Of a stretch of DNA of 37,189 bases, positions 9,828 through 21,254 are shown piece by piece. The DNA is from Seison nebaliae (lineage: Eukaryota), in contig JALJEE010000524.1 of the NCBI GenBank assembly GCA_023231475.1, forward strand, positions 1 to 37,189. The letters run 5' to 3'. The notes beneath the pieces were generated by a model, which worked only from the letters and a program-made list of their open reading frames with translations, made no database searches and was not told the DNA's origin. The stretch's first letter is position 1; each line of letters begins with the position of its first letter. A program made the translations under genes and the position numbers.

Positions 9828-12800
9828 ATGTATCGTCCAGATGGATGTATCGGTGGACAGAATGTTCTTCTTCAATTGGATATGAGGAATGGCTATTTGG
9901 CATCAGCTAAATTAGATGCACAAAAATTGACAGTAAGAGGAATTAGCGGTTTCTCACCAATTCGTAGTAATGTTCTCATTTTTAGTGGTAAGTGGCAATA
10001 TGAAGTGATTTTATTGACGAAAGGATTGATGCAAATCGGATGGTGTACACCATCTTGTCATTTCTATTCGACACAAGGTGCTGGTGACAGCGAAGATTCT
10101 TATGCTTATGATGGTGATCGAGTACGGAAATGGAATGTTGAGAGTCAACATTATGGAGAGGCATGGCTAGTGGGTGATGTGATTGGATGTCTTTTAAATT
10201 ATGATGAACATTATTGTCAATTTTATCGTAATGGCAAATCGTTGGGTGTCGCTTATGATGATATAAGAATCGGATATGATATTTATTATCTTCCAGCCAT
10301 GTCCTTATCGGCGAACGAATGTGTTCGAGTCAATTTTGGAGCGACACCATTTATTTATCCCGTTGATGGTTTCGATCCATTGAATGTTCGTCCGTCAATT
10401 GTTGGTGAGAAGAGATGTCAATTATATTTAGATTTATTAAAGAAATTATTTTTTGTCAATTATCGATTATTATCGACAACTATTGAATCGTTATCGATGA
10501 GGGAAGAAATGGATGGAGAAATGTTCAATAAGAAATTAGAAAGAAAAGAGGATGATAATGAAAAGAATCATATTGAATTTAATTCGATGAGATTATTGGA
10601 GATGGAAGAAGAAATTGATTCATTTCATCTTTTGAAATGGAAACAAATAATAATTGTCCACAAAATCATCTCACAATTCAATCGAATATTTCATATCAGA
10701 TATTTGATTGAGAAATATCTTCTACCATTCCTCCATCATCTTCTTACTACGACTAATTTAAATACTCATCTCGAATTGAGTACAAATGATTACGAATATT
10801 CTTCCAATCTTCTCACTCAATTATTCGACGATGTCTCCAAATTCGAATTGAACAAATCGAAATTATCTCCTCATAATTCATTCATTCCATTCAATAATAA
10901 GAATCGTATACGTCCACGTGAATTGATTGGAAATGATGAGAAGAAAGAAGAGGATGATGATCTTTCAGACACCTCCACCATCACCACTCCAACAACGATG
11001 TTAAATTCGAATGATCATTTCAACGAATCCGTCTCATCATCATCTAATCAACAAATGAGGGATATATCTCTCATTCCTCATCATCACATGAATGACGTTG
11101 ATGATTTAGATGATCCATTCATTCACGAGACGATGTCATATGAGAAACAATTGATGAAAGAAACGGGATTGAATGTGAAGAATTTGAAAATAGTTCAACA
11201 ACTTTTCGATTTGTTGTGGGAGATGAATGACGAAGAAATGACGAAAGCTATTTTTAATAGTCTTTTCAATTCCATTTGTCATTTATATGGAATGGGAACG
11301 CGATCTATCAAATATTCATTTCATCGAAATCTGTTGATTGTAGCACAATCACTCTTCTCACATCGACCAACATGTCGATGGTTGATGAATGATAAGAATT
11401 TCATTTATCATTTTATTTCACTCATCGATATTCAAGCACCAAGTGAACATTACATTCATCAATTCTTTCCCATTATTTCCATGAAATTCTTCGACATCTC
11501 CAAATTGGCAATCAGTCAACGTCAATTACATTATAAATTGAGAATAAATCTCATGAAGAATTCCATCGGACAATTGGAAGATATTCAAATTGAATTATTC
11601 AAATTAATCTTCTTCAATTCATCAAATCAAATGGGATTAGCTATCCAATTCCATCATTTATCGAACGAATGGAAAGAAATGGTCGGATCATTCGTCGTAT
11701 CAATGGCATCAATTCGTAATTTGACACATCGTCTCTGTCGTTTCATTCAATCATTTTGGAACGATTCATTCTCTAATATCTCTTCAATCCAAAATGCTTA
11801 TGTTCTCCCTTATTTATTGGTAAATAATGATTATTTGAATACATCACGATTCGGTGGTGAATTTACATCAGTTGCGAAAGATCATCGAGATATCCTCCAA
11901 CAATATCGTCGTGATATTTCATCGGAATTATTTAATAAATCTGAAAATTCTTCTTCTCATTCATCATCCACAATCTCATTGAGATCATCATTGAGATTTC
12001 CACGATTTCTCTCTTATTCCACCACTTCACGTCATCCACATTTCCATGATGATGATGAGAAGATTTGTAGATTTGTATCGAATAATTCATCAGATACTCA
12101 AATTAAATCCATTTCTCAAACGACTTTATTAATTTTGTTAAATTCAACAATCCGCTTCTTCAACGATTGGATTAATAAGAAACTCATCAAAACTTGTTCA
12201 CTCAAATCAGTTTATAATGATTTTGGGAATCTGTTAAAACATACGAGAATTAAACGTCGTTTACGACAACGAGATTTGAAGAGGATGAAAGATATTCATC
12301 CGAAAATTTGTCGAGATCCAATTTTGATGAGTTTGATGAATGCAGAAGAAGTGTTTGCTAAAGAGATCATTAATGGTATGAGACATTTAGCTTGGGTTTA
12401 TTCAGCTATTTTATCGGAAGATAAATTTTATGATTTTCTTTGGATGTCATCCATTCTTTTCAATACTATTCAATTCGCAAGTAATAATGGAGAATTATTG
12501 AGATTTATTCCAATTCTTTATCTACAAACAGCGATGGCTCTCAATTCGATTCACATCAATTATTTTGGTGGTTTAACATCATCAGTTCTCCCACCAGCAT
12601 TCAATGAAATCATTCAACAATTCATTCAACTCATTTGTAATCTTTGTTCCGATCAACGTATTTGTCATTCCGAATATAAAGATATCGTTCTCCAAGAATT
12701 AGCTTGTTTCCCATATCATCGAATGTCGAGAGAACGAATGTATAATCTTTCACTATCTACTCGTCAAATCGTCATTCAACGTATTCTTACTAATAACGAC

Positions 12801-14319
12801 GAGACACATAGTTGGGTCTTACCTAATTACGTATTAATTTCATTCTGGAAAGGATATGGATTCGGTTTCCGTTATACACATCCACCTCATATCTTATTGC
12901 CACGACGTCATTATTTTGGGAAGACGTTCAATATTTGTTCACCTTCCCAATCAGCTGAATTGTTTCATAAAGAAATTGGAGAATATCTTGTCACACATCG
13001 AGATGAAGCGAAGAGTTATGCTAATTTCATTATCAATCAATTAAATATGGTATTTTCCGAATTCATTAATATACTTCATAAAGTTATTCAAATGTTCATT
13101 TAATTCAAATTTAATTTTTTTTAATTTCAAATAGATTCCTGATTTCTTTGTAAGTGGTGGATCGAAGACATTATCAACAAATGAAAATAATCAAATACGA
13201 ATATGTTCCGCTTGCTTCGAATTCACCATTGCTTTATTACGAACACTCGAATTCTTATTTTATATTGCTCCTTCCTGCATCATTGACGAGAAGAGTGAAA
13301 TCGATGGAAATGTCATTCTAGTACGAATTTGCCAAGTCTCTTCTAATTTTTTTCTAAAATTTAATTTTCATTATTTTCAGATTCTCAATCAAATTTTCAA
13401 TCGATTAAATTCAAAAGATAATGCACTCGATCTCGTCACCAGATTACAATTATCAAGTTCAATATTTTCATTTAATTCTCAATTCACCTCTTTTCATTAG
13501 ATATGCCCAATGTGGATCGATATCCAATTATTTCAGCTTGTATCGGAATATTAATTAGAATGGCAACTTTGAGAAATGCGAAAAAGTTCCATTCATTTCT
13601 TTAATTTCTTTCTAACTTATTTTTGTGTATAGTCGTGATAAAATCCTGGAAATTTTGTTCATCGAAACTGGTCTCCCATTCCAAAACATAATTGAACTGA
13701 TCGGAAATGATGAAGAATCAATCAGCGAAACATCGACAATATCAAATCATTCACCATTCGAGAAGAAAGATTCGAATATTCAGAATAAATTCCAATCAAC
13801 AACAACAACAACAACAACCACTGCGTCATTATTATCTCCCACATTATCCATTTCTTCATCATCCTCCATGGATAATAAGTCGATGGATCATTTGAATTAT
13901 GGTTTACTCCCAAATTTCGTCTACAGAAAATATTCGATATGCGAATTCAAATTAATTAAATGTTTTTAAAATTTTCTTTCGTTTTCTATTCATTTCATCT
14001 CCTCATCCTCCCAGACAAAGGAAACTATTTGAACAGTGAAGAGATTAACGTGCTCCAACAGACCGTTGAATATATCTCTAATTTTTTACAAAAACAAAAC
14101 GAATACAACAAATCAGCAGAAGACAACAAATGTATCATTTGTTACAGTCGTGACAATGAAGCCAAATTCAAACCGTGTGGACATGAAGCATGTCGTTCCT
14201 GTATGGCGCATTATGTTAGTGAGAAGAGCGAATGTTTCTTCTGTAAAGCGAATGTGAATAAAGTGTGTGATATGAATGGACAAGTGATCAAATCAATAAA
14301 AATATCAAAAAAGAAATGA
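9828..14319 (+). CDS. RNF123: E3 ubiquitin ligase RNF123 (KPC1): N-terminal SPRY, C-terminal C3HC4 RING; 6 exons, 1416 aa
   Basis: Exons 9828-13082, 13135-13335, 13381-13456, 13501-13585, 13633-13961, 14015-14319 (4251 nt, in frame). SPRY motifs GKWQYEV, GLMQIGW, SYAYDG..RKWN, GDVIGC, NFGATPF. Also NQLNMVFSEF, ICSACFE..LLRTLE, VDRYPI and RING CIIC..PCGH..CRSC..CFFC. An upstream exon cannot be excluded. Confidence 0.92.
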
Positions 14320-14613
14320 TCTCCACAACCACATCACACTGATGTCGTTAAGTAATATTTTTATTCATTTTTCTATCTCATTCTTTAACGACAAATTAAT
14401 TGACATTCTCATTATTTATTTTATTTAATATTATCACATACTCGTCAACCATTAATTCCTCGTTGACATTAATTTAATTAAAAAGAAAAATTTCTAATAT
14501 TTTTTTTCAATTCAAATAATTAGGAATTGATTCTAATTATATGCAGATGAAAAATATACTCAACTTTATTTGTACAAATAATAATAGAAACCGATCCAAC
14601 AAAAAAAAAGATT

Positions 14614-14794
14614 TTTTTAGAACAATTAAAAAATTTCATTTTTAGAAGAATTAAAAAATTTCATTTTTAGAAGAATTAAAAAATTTCATTTTTAGAAGAA
14701 TTAAAAAATTTCATTTTTAGAAGAATTAAAAAATTTTATTTTTAGAAGAATTAAAAAATTTCATTTTTAGAAGAATTAAAAAATTTTATTTTTA
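14614..14794. repeat. 25-bp minisatellite (TTTTTAGAAGAATTAAAAAATTTCA) about 7 copies
   Basis: TAG recurs at exact 25-bp spacing from 14618 to 14768; no spacers. Confidence 0.95.
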
Positions 14795-15127
14795 CACACC
14801 GAAACAAAATGATCGTGTGGAATGCACCGACCTGTTTACTTATTTGTCATCCAACATGTTGACTTCATAAACTTCCTTTTTCCATTCTTTTTTTCCTTCT
14901 TTTCCGACAAATATTCCATATTAAATTTTTTTTCTAACGGATTGGAGCAGGAAGCTAAATGTTTTAGATGTAGAAATAGAAAGAAAAGAAATAGAAATAG
15001 AAATTTAAAAATTTTTTTAAGAAAATCAAATGTATTTTCCATTTTGTCAGAAATATCTGGAAATTGAGATATAAATCTGATAATTTGGAAAGAAGAGAAT
15101 TTTTTTTCAAAATTACTTTTTTTCCAA

Positions 15128-18100
15128 ATGGACATTAGCCAAAAACAAAAATTCATTTTATGGTATCGAAATCAAAAGAAAAATGAGGATATCATAAAAA
15201 TATTTGATAGAGGAGAATTTCATACAGTACATGGAGTTGGGGCAATTGAATTAGCGACGAATTATTTCCAAAGTAAATCGTCGTTGTTACATTGGAACAG
15301 TTCGATTGATAATTATTCGTTGGAAACGTGTAAAATTAACAAAAATAATTATGAACGAACCGTCAAATATTTATTATTCGACCGAAATGTCAGTGTTGAG
15401 ATCCTTCAAAATATATCGAATGAGTGGAAAGTGGTGAAAAGTGCATCTCCAGGAAATTATGATGGTTTCAACGAGGAATTATTTCAGGTTGAATCGTCGA
15501 TGAATGATGATTTATCGATAAGTAGTGGAATTATGTCGATTTATATCGATAAAAATTCGAATGATTCTAATCGATTATTGATTGGTTGTTGTTTTACTAA
15601 ACAATCACAAATAATCATAAATCAATTATCGATAAGAATATCGGTGATTAATGAGAATAATAAAGAATTGAATCGTTATATGGAATTTAATGAGTTGCGC
15701 GTCTTTATTACACAAATGTCACCACGAGAGATTATTTGGTTTGTAAATGAGAAATATAACATCATTCTCAATCCATTCAAACAATCATTGAATGATTGTT
15801 CGAGAGATGATATTCTAATTCATAATTTTAAAGAGAAATTAGAAATGAAGAAGAATGTGGAAGAATCATCAAATATTTTAGATCAATTCATCTCGTTATG
15901 TGAGGAAGAAGATCGTTTTAAATTAATTCAATTGAAATTAGAAGAAAATTATATGATGTCATTGAAAGGATTCCAATTGATCAATTATCAATATCCATCT
16001 CTCTTCCATATCAATCAATCAGAGAAAATGGAAAGAAATATATGGAAAATATCAATTCATAATAATCGGAATTTGATGATGGTGGATCGTAATACATTAC
16101 AAGCATTAAATGTTTTTCCGAAAAAAATGAATAATTCAACCATCAAATCGATAAATGATGATAATAATTTAGAAGAGAAATTCTCTTTATATTCTTTACT
16201 CACCAATAAATGTATAAGTAAACAAGGAAAATATTTGTTGGGAGAATGGTTGCGACAACCGTTGACGAATGTGAAGGAATTGGAGAAACGTCAGAAAATT
16301 ATTGAATATTTTTTGACATCAATTAATCTCATTAAATCCATCGAATTCTCATCAGCATTTGCTTCTGTTAATGATCTCCAACAACTACTTTATCGATTAT
16401 CGAAGAAGAGAATGAACATTAATCATTTATATCGATTATGGAAGATTGTGGAGAATCAGATGTTTACACTTCAACAATTCAAATTGGATGATAATCGTAA
16501 TGATGATTTTAATCAATTAATTCTAAATCCTCTCACAGCCATCATTCGGACGTTGGAACGGTTCGTTCAAATGATCAATGATGTCATCGATTCGTCATCA
16601 ATGAAAGATCCCGTCATCAATCCACAAATCGATGATAGAATGAAGAAGATTGTTTTGGACGTGAGAGATTTTGAATCAGAAATCCAACGAATAAGTGAAG
16701 AAATGATTAAAAAATATTTGTCGGATGTGAAAGTTGGAATAGAAAAGAATTCATTGAATTCAGCATATCTTTTGAAAATTACAAAAAAAGATGAGAAAAG
16801 TATCAGAAATGAAAAATTGATCGATGTGATGGATACAAAGAAAGAAAAGATCCTTTTCCAATTCCATTCAATGCGATCAATTAATGAGAAATTAATTGAA
16901 GCACGACGTGAATATGAAGAATATGTTTCAATGAAATTACAAGACATAAATCATATCACTCTCACTTATTATGATTCATTTCAACAACTTATTCAATTAA
17001 CTGGATTAATTGACGTTTTCATTTCCATCGCTCAATTTATCGATTGTGCACCAATACCGTTCGTAGCACCAACATTAATTCCACTCCCTCCTAATGCTAA
17101 CGAAGAAAGAATTCGCTTTAATAATTTGAAAGAATCATTTGAAAGGAATGATTTGGGGGGAATATCAAATGGGAAATATGAAGATGAATTTGAAAGGAGA
17201 ATAATTTCTCTAAAAAATTCTCGACATGTCTGTCTGGAACGAATGACAGAATTGGAATTTATTCCCAATCATATTTATTTGTCATCTGGAATTGTAAAGA
17301 AATCAAAAATGGATGGAATTCCATTAGAAAAGGAAAAAGATAAGAATGAAGATGAGAGAACATTAATCATTATAACTGGACCAAATATGGGGGGTAAATC
17401 GACTTATTTAAGACAAACAGCTTTATCTGTTCTCCTCGCTCAAATTGGATGTTATGTTCCTGCTCAATCAGCTATCATTTCTATTTGTGATTCTATTCTC
17501 ATAAGAATTGGCGCAGCTGATTGTCAATCTAAAGGTATTTCCACGTTTATGGCAGAGATGTTAGATTGTGCAACTATCTGTCAATCCTCCTCCAAATATT
17601 CGTTAATACTCATCGATGAATTAGGACGTGGAACATCAACATATGACGGATTAGGTCTAGCTTGGGGACTCTCCGAATATTTAGCTAAATTGAAAGTATT
17701 TACCATGTTCGCAACTCATTTTCATGAGATTGGTCATCTCGCACAAGTGACATGTATGGAAAATGGGAGAGAAGTGTTAATGTATAAACAAGTCGCTAAT
17801 TTACATGCGGAAGCAGAAGTTTTAACTATTCATAATGAGAATGAACCAACTAAATTGGCGAACGAACAACTCGTGCTACTTTACACTTTAGCCGATGGTA
17901 TTTGTAAAAGAAGTTACGGATTGAACGTCGCCAAAATGGTAAACATGCCCAATGAAGTCATTGACGTCTCTAATAAACATGAGAAAGAAATGGATGAATT
18001 ATCATCTTTATTTCATTCAGTTGACGAACATAGTAGAAATGCTTTAAAAGCATTTATGGAAAACTTTCTGAAATTCGATGGAAATTCTTCACATGATCAA

Positions 18101-18184
18101 TTCCATTCACTTTTGAATAAACATATTCCCAATGATCAATTAAAACAACAAATTCTCAATTCTATTTCCAATAGAAGAGTTTGA
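15128..18184 (+). CDS. MSH2: DNA mismatch repair protein MSH2 (MutS homolog 2), intronless, 1018 aa
   Basis: N-terminal IFDRGEFHTVHG and ASPGN, WLRQPL, Walker A IITGPNMGGKSTYLRQ, KGISTFMAEML, Walker B LIDELGRGTSTYDGLGLAW, FATHFHE, SYGLNVAKM. Confidence 0.95.
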   Translation: MDISQKQKFILWYRNQKKNEDIIKIFDRGEFHTVHGVGAIELATNYFQSKSSLLHWNSSIDNYSLETCKINKNNYERTVKYLLFDRNVSVEILQNISNEWKVVKSASPGNYDGFNEELFQVESSMNDDLSISSGIMSIYIDKNSNDSNRLLIGCCFTKQSQIIINQLSIRISVINENNKELNRYMEFNELRVFITQMSPREIIWFVNEKYNIILNPFKQSLNDCSRDDILIHNFKEKLEMKKNVEESSNILDQFISLCEEEDRFKLIQLKLEENYMMSLKGFQLINYQYPSLFHINQSEKMERNIWKISIHNNRNLMMVDRNTLQALNVFPKKMNNSTIKSINDDNNLEEKFSLYSLLTNKCISKQGKYLLGEWLRQPLTNVKELEKRQKIIEYFLTSINLIKSIEFSSAFASVNDLQQLLYRLSKKRMNINHLYRLWKIVENQMFTLQQFKLDDNRNDDFNQLILNPLTAIIRTLERFVQMINDVIDSSSMKDPVINPQIDDRMKKIVLDVRDFESEIQRISEEMIKKYLSDVKVGIEKNSLNSAYLLKITKKDEKSIRNEKLIDVMDTKKEKILFQFHSMRSINEKLIEARREYEEYVSMKLQDINHITLTYYDSFQQLIQLTGLIDVFISIAQFIDCAPIPFVAPTLIPLPPNANEERIRFNNLKESFERNDLGGISNGKYEDEFERRIISLKNSRHVCLERMTELEFIPNHIYLSSGIVKKSKMDGIPLEKEKDKNEDERTLIIITGPNMGGKSTYLRQTALSVLLAQIGCYVPAQSAIISICDSILIRIGAADCQSKGISTFMAEMLDCATICQSSSKYSLILIDELGRGTSTYDGLGLAWGLSEYLAKLKVFTMFATHFHEIGHLAQVTCMENGREVLMYKQVANLHAEAEVLTIHNENEPTKLANEQLVLLYTLADGICKRSYGLNVAKMVNMPNEVIDVSNKHEKEMDELSSLFHSVDEHSRNALKAFMENFLKFDGNSSHDQFHSLLNKHIPNDQLKQQILNSISNRRV

Positions 18185-18212
18185 ACTATTTGAAAATAAT
18201 TTTAAAAATTCA

Positions 18213-18326
18213 TTCATTTTTATTTTCAAACAAAATTACTTTTTCATTTTTATTTTTTAACAAAATTATTTTTTCATTTTTATTTTTTAAAAAAATTATT
18301 TTTTCATTTTTATTTTTTAAAAAAAT
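18213..18326. repeat. 30-bp AT-rich minisatellite, about 3.8 copies, just downstream of MSH2
   Basis: ttttcatttttattttttaa(c/a)aaaattatt repeated. Confidence 0.9.
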
Positions 18327-19379
18327 GCTTCCCATAGATAATGAGATAACTTTACGGATATGTTTGGAGATTTCTTTACATTTTACAAGTTTTTAATCAA
18401 AATTTTTATTTTCATAATGGGAAGCCTCAAATTTCAATCTGTTACAGCTCTTAAATTTAGTAGTTTCATCCGTCACTTCTTTTGTTTGAGAAAAGAAAAA
18501 CCTTCTCGTTCTATGAGTAATTTCATTGAGCAGAAATTTGTAAAACAAAATCGATATAATAATATTATAAAATTATCAATTGCGAGAATAACAATAATTA
18601 TTATTATTCGTGTTAAATCATTTACAATATTTTGTTAAACTTATTGTGATTAAAATTTTTCCAATTTTATTCGGATTCTTCCCATTTATTCATGTGTTTA
18701 TCTCCATGTATATGTGTGGATGAGATTGTGTAACATTGTGTAAGATTGAAGTGAAAAACGATTATTTTCAACAATGAGTTCTTTCAAATTTTTATTTTTT
18801 TTAATAATTTTTTACATTTGTTAATATATATATTAATTTTAATAATTTTTGTTTGGAGGAGAATTATTGAAGTAAATTGAACGTTCATTTTAACTTCGAA
18901 ATTAACAGAATTGAAATGAGATTTTCATAATTATTAACAAAACTAATTTAGTTTCGATATTTCGATTCAAAATGTAAATCGTCAAATTTTAGGGTATAAA
19001 TTTTGCTTAATCATTTAATAATGAGTTTAACCATAACGATTTATCATTTTTATGAGATGTTGGAAAGCGTTCATAGTGTTAGTGTTCCATAAATATCGTT
19101 ATGAGTAAATTTTCGAAAATTTTTCATTTTTTGGTGGGCGAGAACGTTCAATATTCACATAAATTGGTAAAGATAAACAAACGAAGAAACTTACCTGCAT
19201 AAACTGCGTTTTCTTATGATTTATGTACATTCGTCTTCATTCGACGCTGCTGATAATAAAACTGATAACTGAATGAATAAATGGAAGATGAAGCGTGTTT
19301 GAATGATAAACCGAAATCATTCGAATACCCACCGAAAGGAATTATATTTACTCTTTTAGTCATTCGCACAAACGGATGG

Positions 19380-19409
19380 ACACACATACACACACACACA
19401 CACACACAC
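19380..19409. repeat. (AC)n microsatellite
   Basis: Directly visible. Confidence 0.9.
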
Positions 19410-21218
19410 TCACGTATGAAAGAGGAGGAAAATTTTAAAATCTTCTTTCTCCCATCAAAATATTTACTTTATTTCTTAAAACTAATGATATATTTGCTGC
19501 GTGTACCAACTCTGAATTCATTATTATGTAATATGTACATCATCATCATTATCTTTCCATTATTAGAATTATTAATAAAATAATGAAACTACTTTTTATT
19601 TTGTTTAATAAGAATGAAGGAAAAAAAAGGGTAGTCATGTAAACATCTATGATAGATTTATTTGAATGTCAAATATTCACATTCGACAAACGAAATTTTG
19701 AAAGGAATTATTAATCAACGTTCATGAAAACACCGGGAAATAGAACTAAAACGAAAATCCTTTCAATAATCTCATCCCAATAAAAAAAAATGAGTTGTAT
19801 CCCCAAATCCAAATACTTCATAGACAGTTAGCCTCCACTTACACCTTAAATATGAATGACGATGAAGTAGGAAGTGAATTGAGAAGGTCGTTCTCTTAAC
19901 GATATTCGACCACAACACTTCACAATATCTCCCAATTATTTAAGTGGATTAGATAGAATAATGTTAAAAGAGAAATGGAATAATAATATTTAGAATTTGA
20001 ATAAGAAAAAAGAGTAATGGAAAAAGGAAAAAATTTAGTGTAAATTATATTAGGTGGTGATCTCTGTGAGAATTCCTAGTTTTTTTCAGGAGCGATCATC
20101 CGAACGTTAAATCGGAGTTCCTAATCATTTTACGTATCCATCATTATTCATTAGACAAATGACGATTGATTCATTTGGACGGCTTATTTAAAATAGAAAA
20201 ACTTCAGAAAAAATCAAATTCCAATAATGAAACTAAAACAAATTTGGGTTTTACCAAGAAAAGTTCGATGATTAACAAACTTTCCAATACACCCTCATCA
20301 AACGACATCCGTTCAATGGTATGTATTTATTTCATCTCCTACAAATTCTCAAATTACGGTTACTTCGTTTCCGAATAAAAAATTATCTGCTATTCCATTT
20401 CTATTATTTTATTAGATTAATTAAATGAATGAGATGTTCCTATTAAGTGAATTGTTATTCATAACGATTACCTATCATACTTTTTCTCACTATCATTCTG
20501 CTGCCATTGTGCATGTAATCTGTAAGTGGTCTAATGGAAGTTGTAGATGGTTGATCTCAATTTCCTTCTGATGAGAAGTTTTTCCATGGATGTTTAATAT
20601 ATTGCCGTATGTTCTTCTTCCATTTTCACTTGATGTTTATTTAAGAAACAACTAAATAATTTTCTTATTTTCCAAAGCGACTATACTGACATAGAGAATA
20701 ATTCTTTTCTTTCTAGGTAAATTGATCCCCACTTGTTTTCTTTTCTCAATAATAACACCAACACCTTAGACGAATAAACTTTTTTTTTACATAATTTATT
20801 TATATTATCTTTGTTGTTCTTTCCACGAACCACTTTAATGACAAATCACCATAATTATGTAAAAGAGGAGGATAAGATTAATGATGATAAGTATGTAGCG
20901 AGAAGCCGAAACTAGTCACTAATACCAACCATTCATCCCAATTTGAATGAGACACTTAACTATAAATATTTCCTGTTATTATTCACTATATTTATCCTTT
21001 TACCTATCTACCAATTTCCATTAATAAATCTCATTCCAATTTTAATTATGGAATATCGTATGTTCATTCGAATTCCTACAATTTGACAAATGCAAAATTC
21101 AAAAATTTTAAGTAGATTACACTGTCAGGAGTGTGGGAGGAGAAGCCATTAGTCTCTGGACACAATTTCCATATGGACAATAATACCGGGAGAATATCTA
21201 TTAAATAGGACTAGGATG

Positions 21219-21254
21219 TAGGTATTAGGTATTAGGTATTTGGTATTAGGTATT
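21219..21254. repeat. 7-bp tandem repeat (TAGGTAT) x5
   Basis: taggtat taggtat taggtat ttggtat taggtat. Confidence 0.9.

Noticed and set aside
13083..14014. Frameshifts, stop-codon reassignment or non-GT-AG introns to explain fragmented ORFs
   Set aside because: Every break in the conserved genes is resolved by a phase-consistent GT-AG intron, and TAA, TAG and TGA all serve as stops.
14614..14794. Possible CRISPR array
   Set aside because: Head-to-tail repeats without unique spacers, eukaryotic context, no cas genes.
16567..17268. Antisense ORFs within MSH2 (likewise within GNL3)
   Set aside because: Shadow frames of real genes with no independent evidence.
20567..20600. CTGATGA hammerhead ribozyme core
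   Set aside because: No GAAA after a stem II and no flanking stems.
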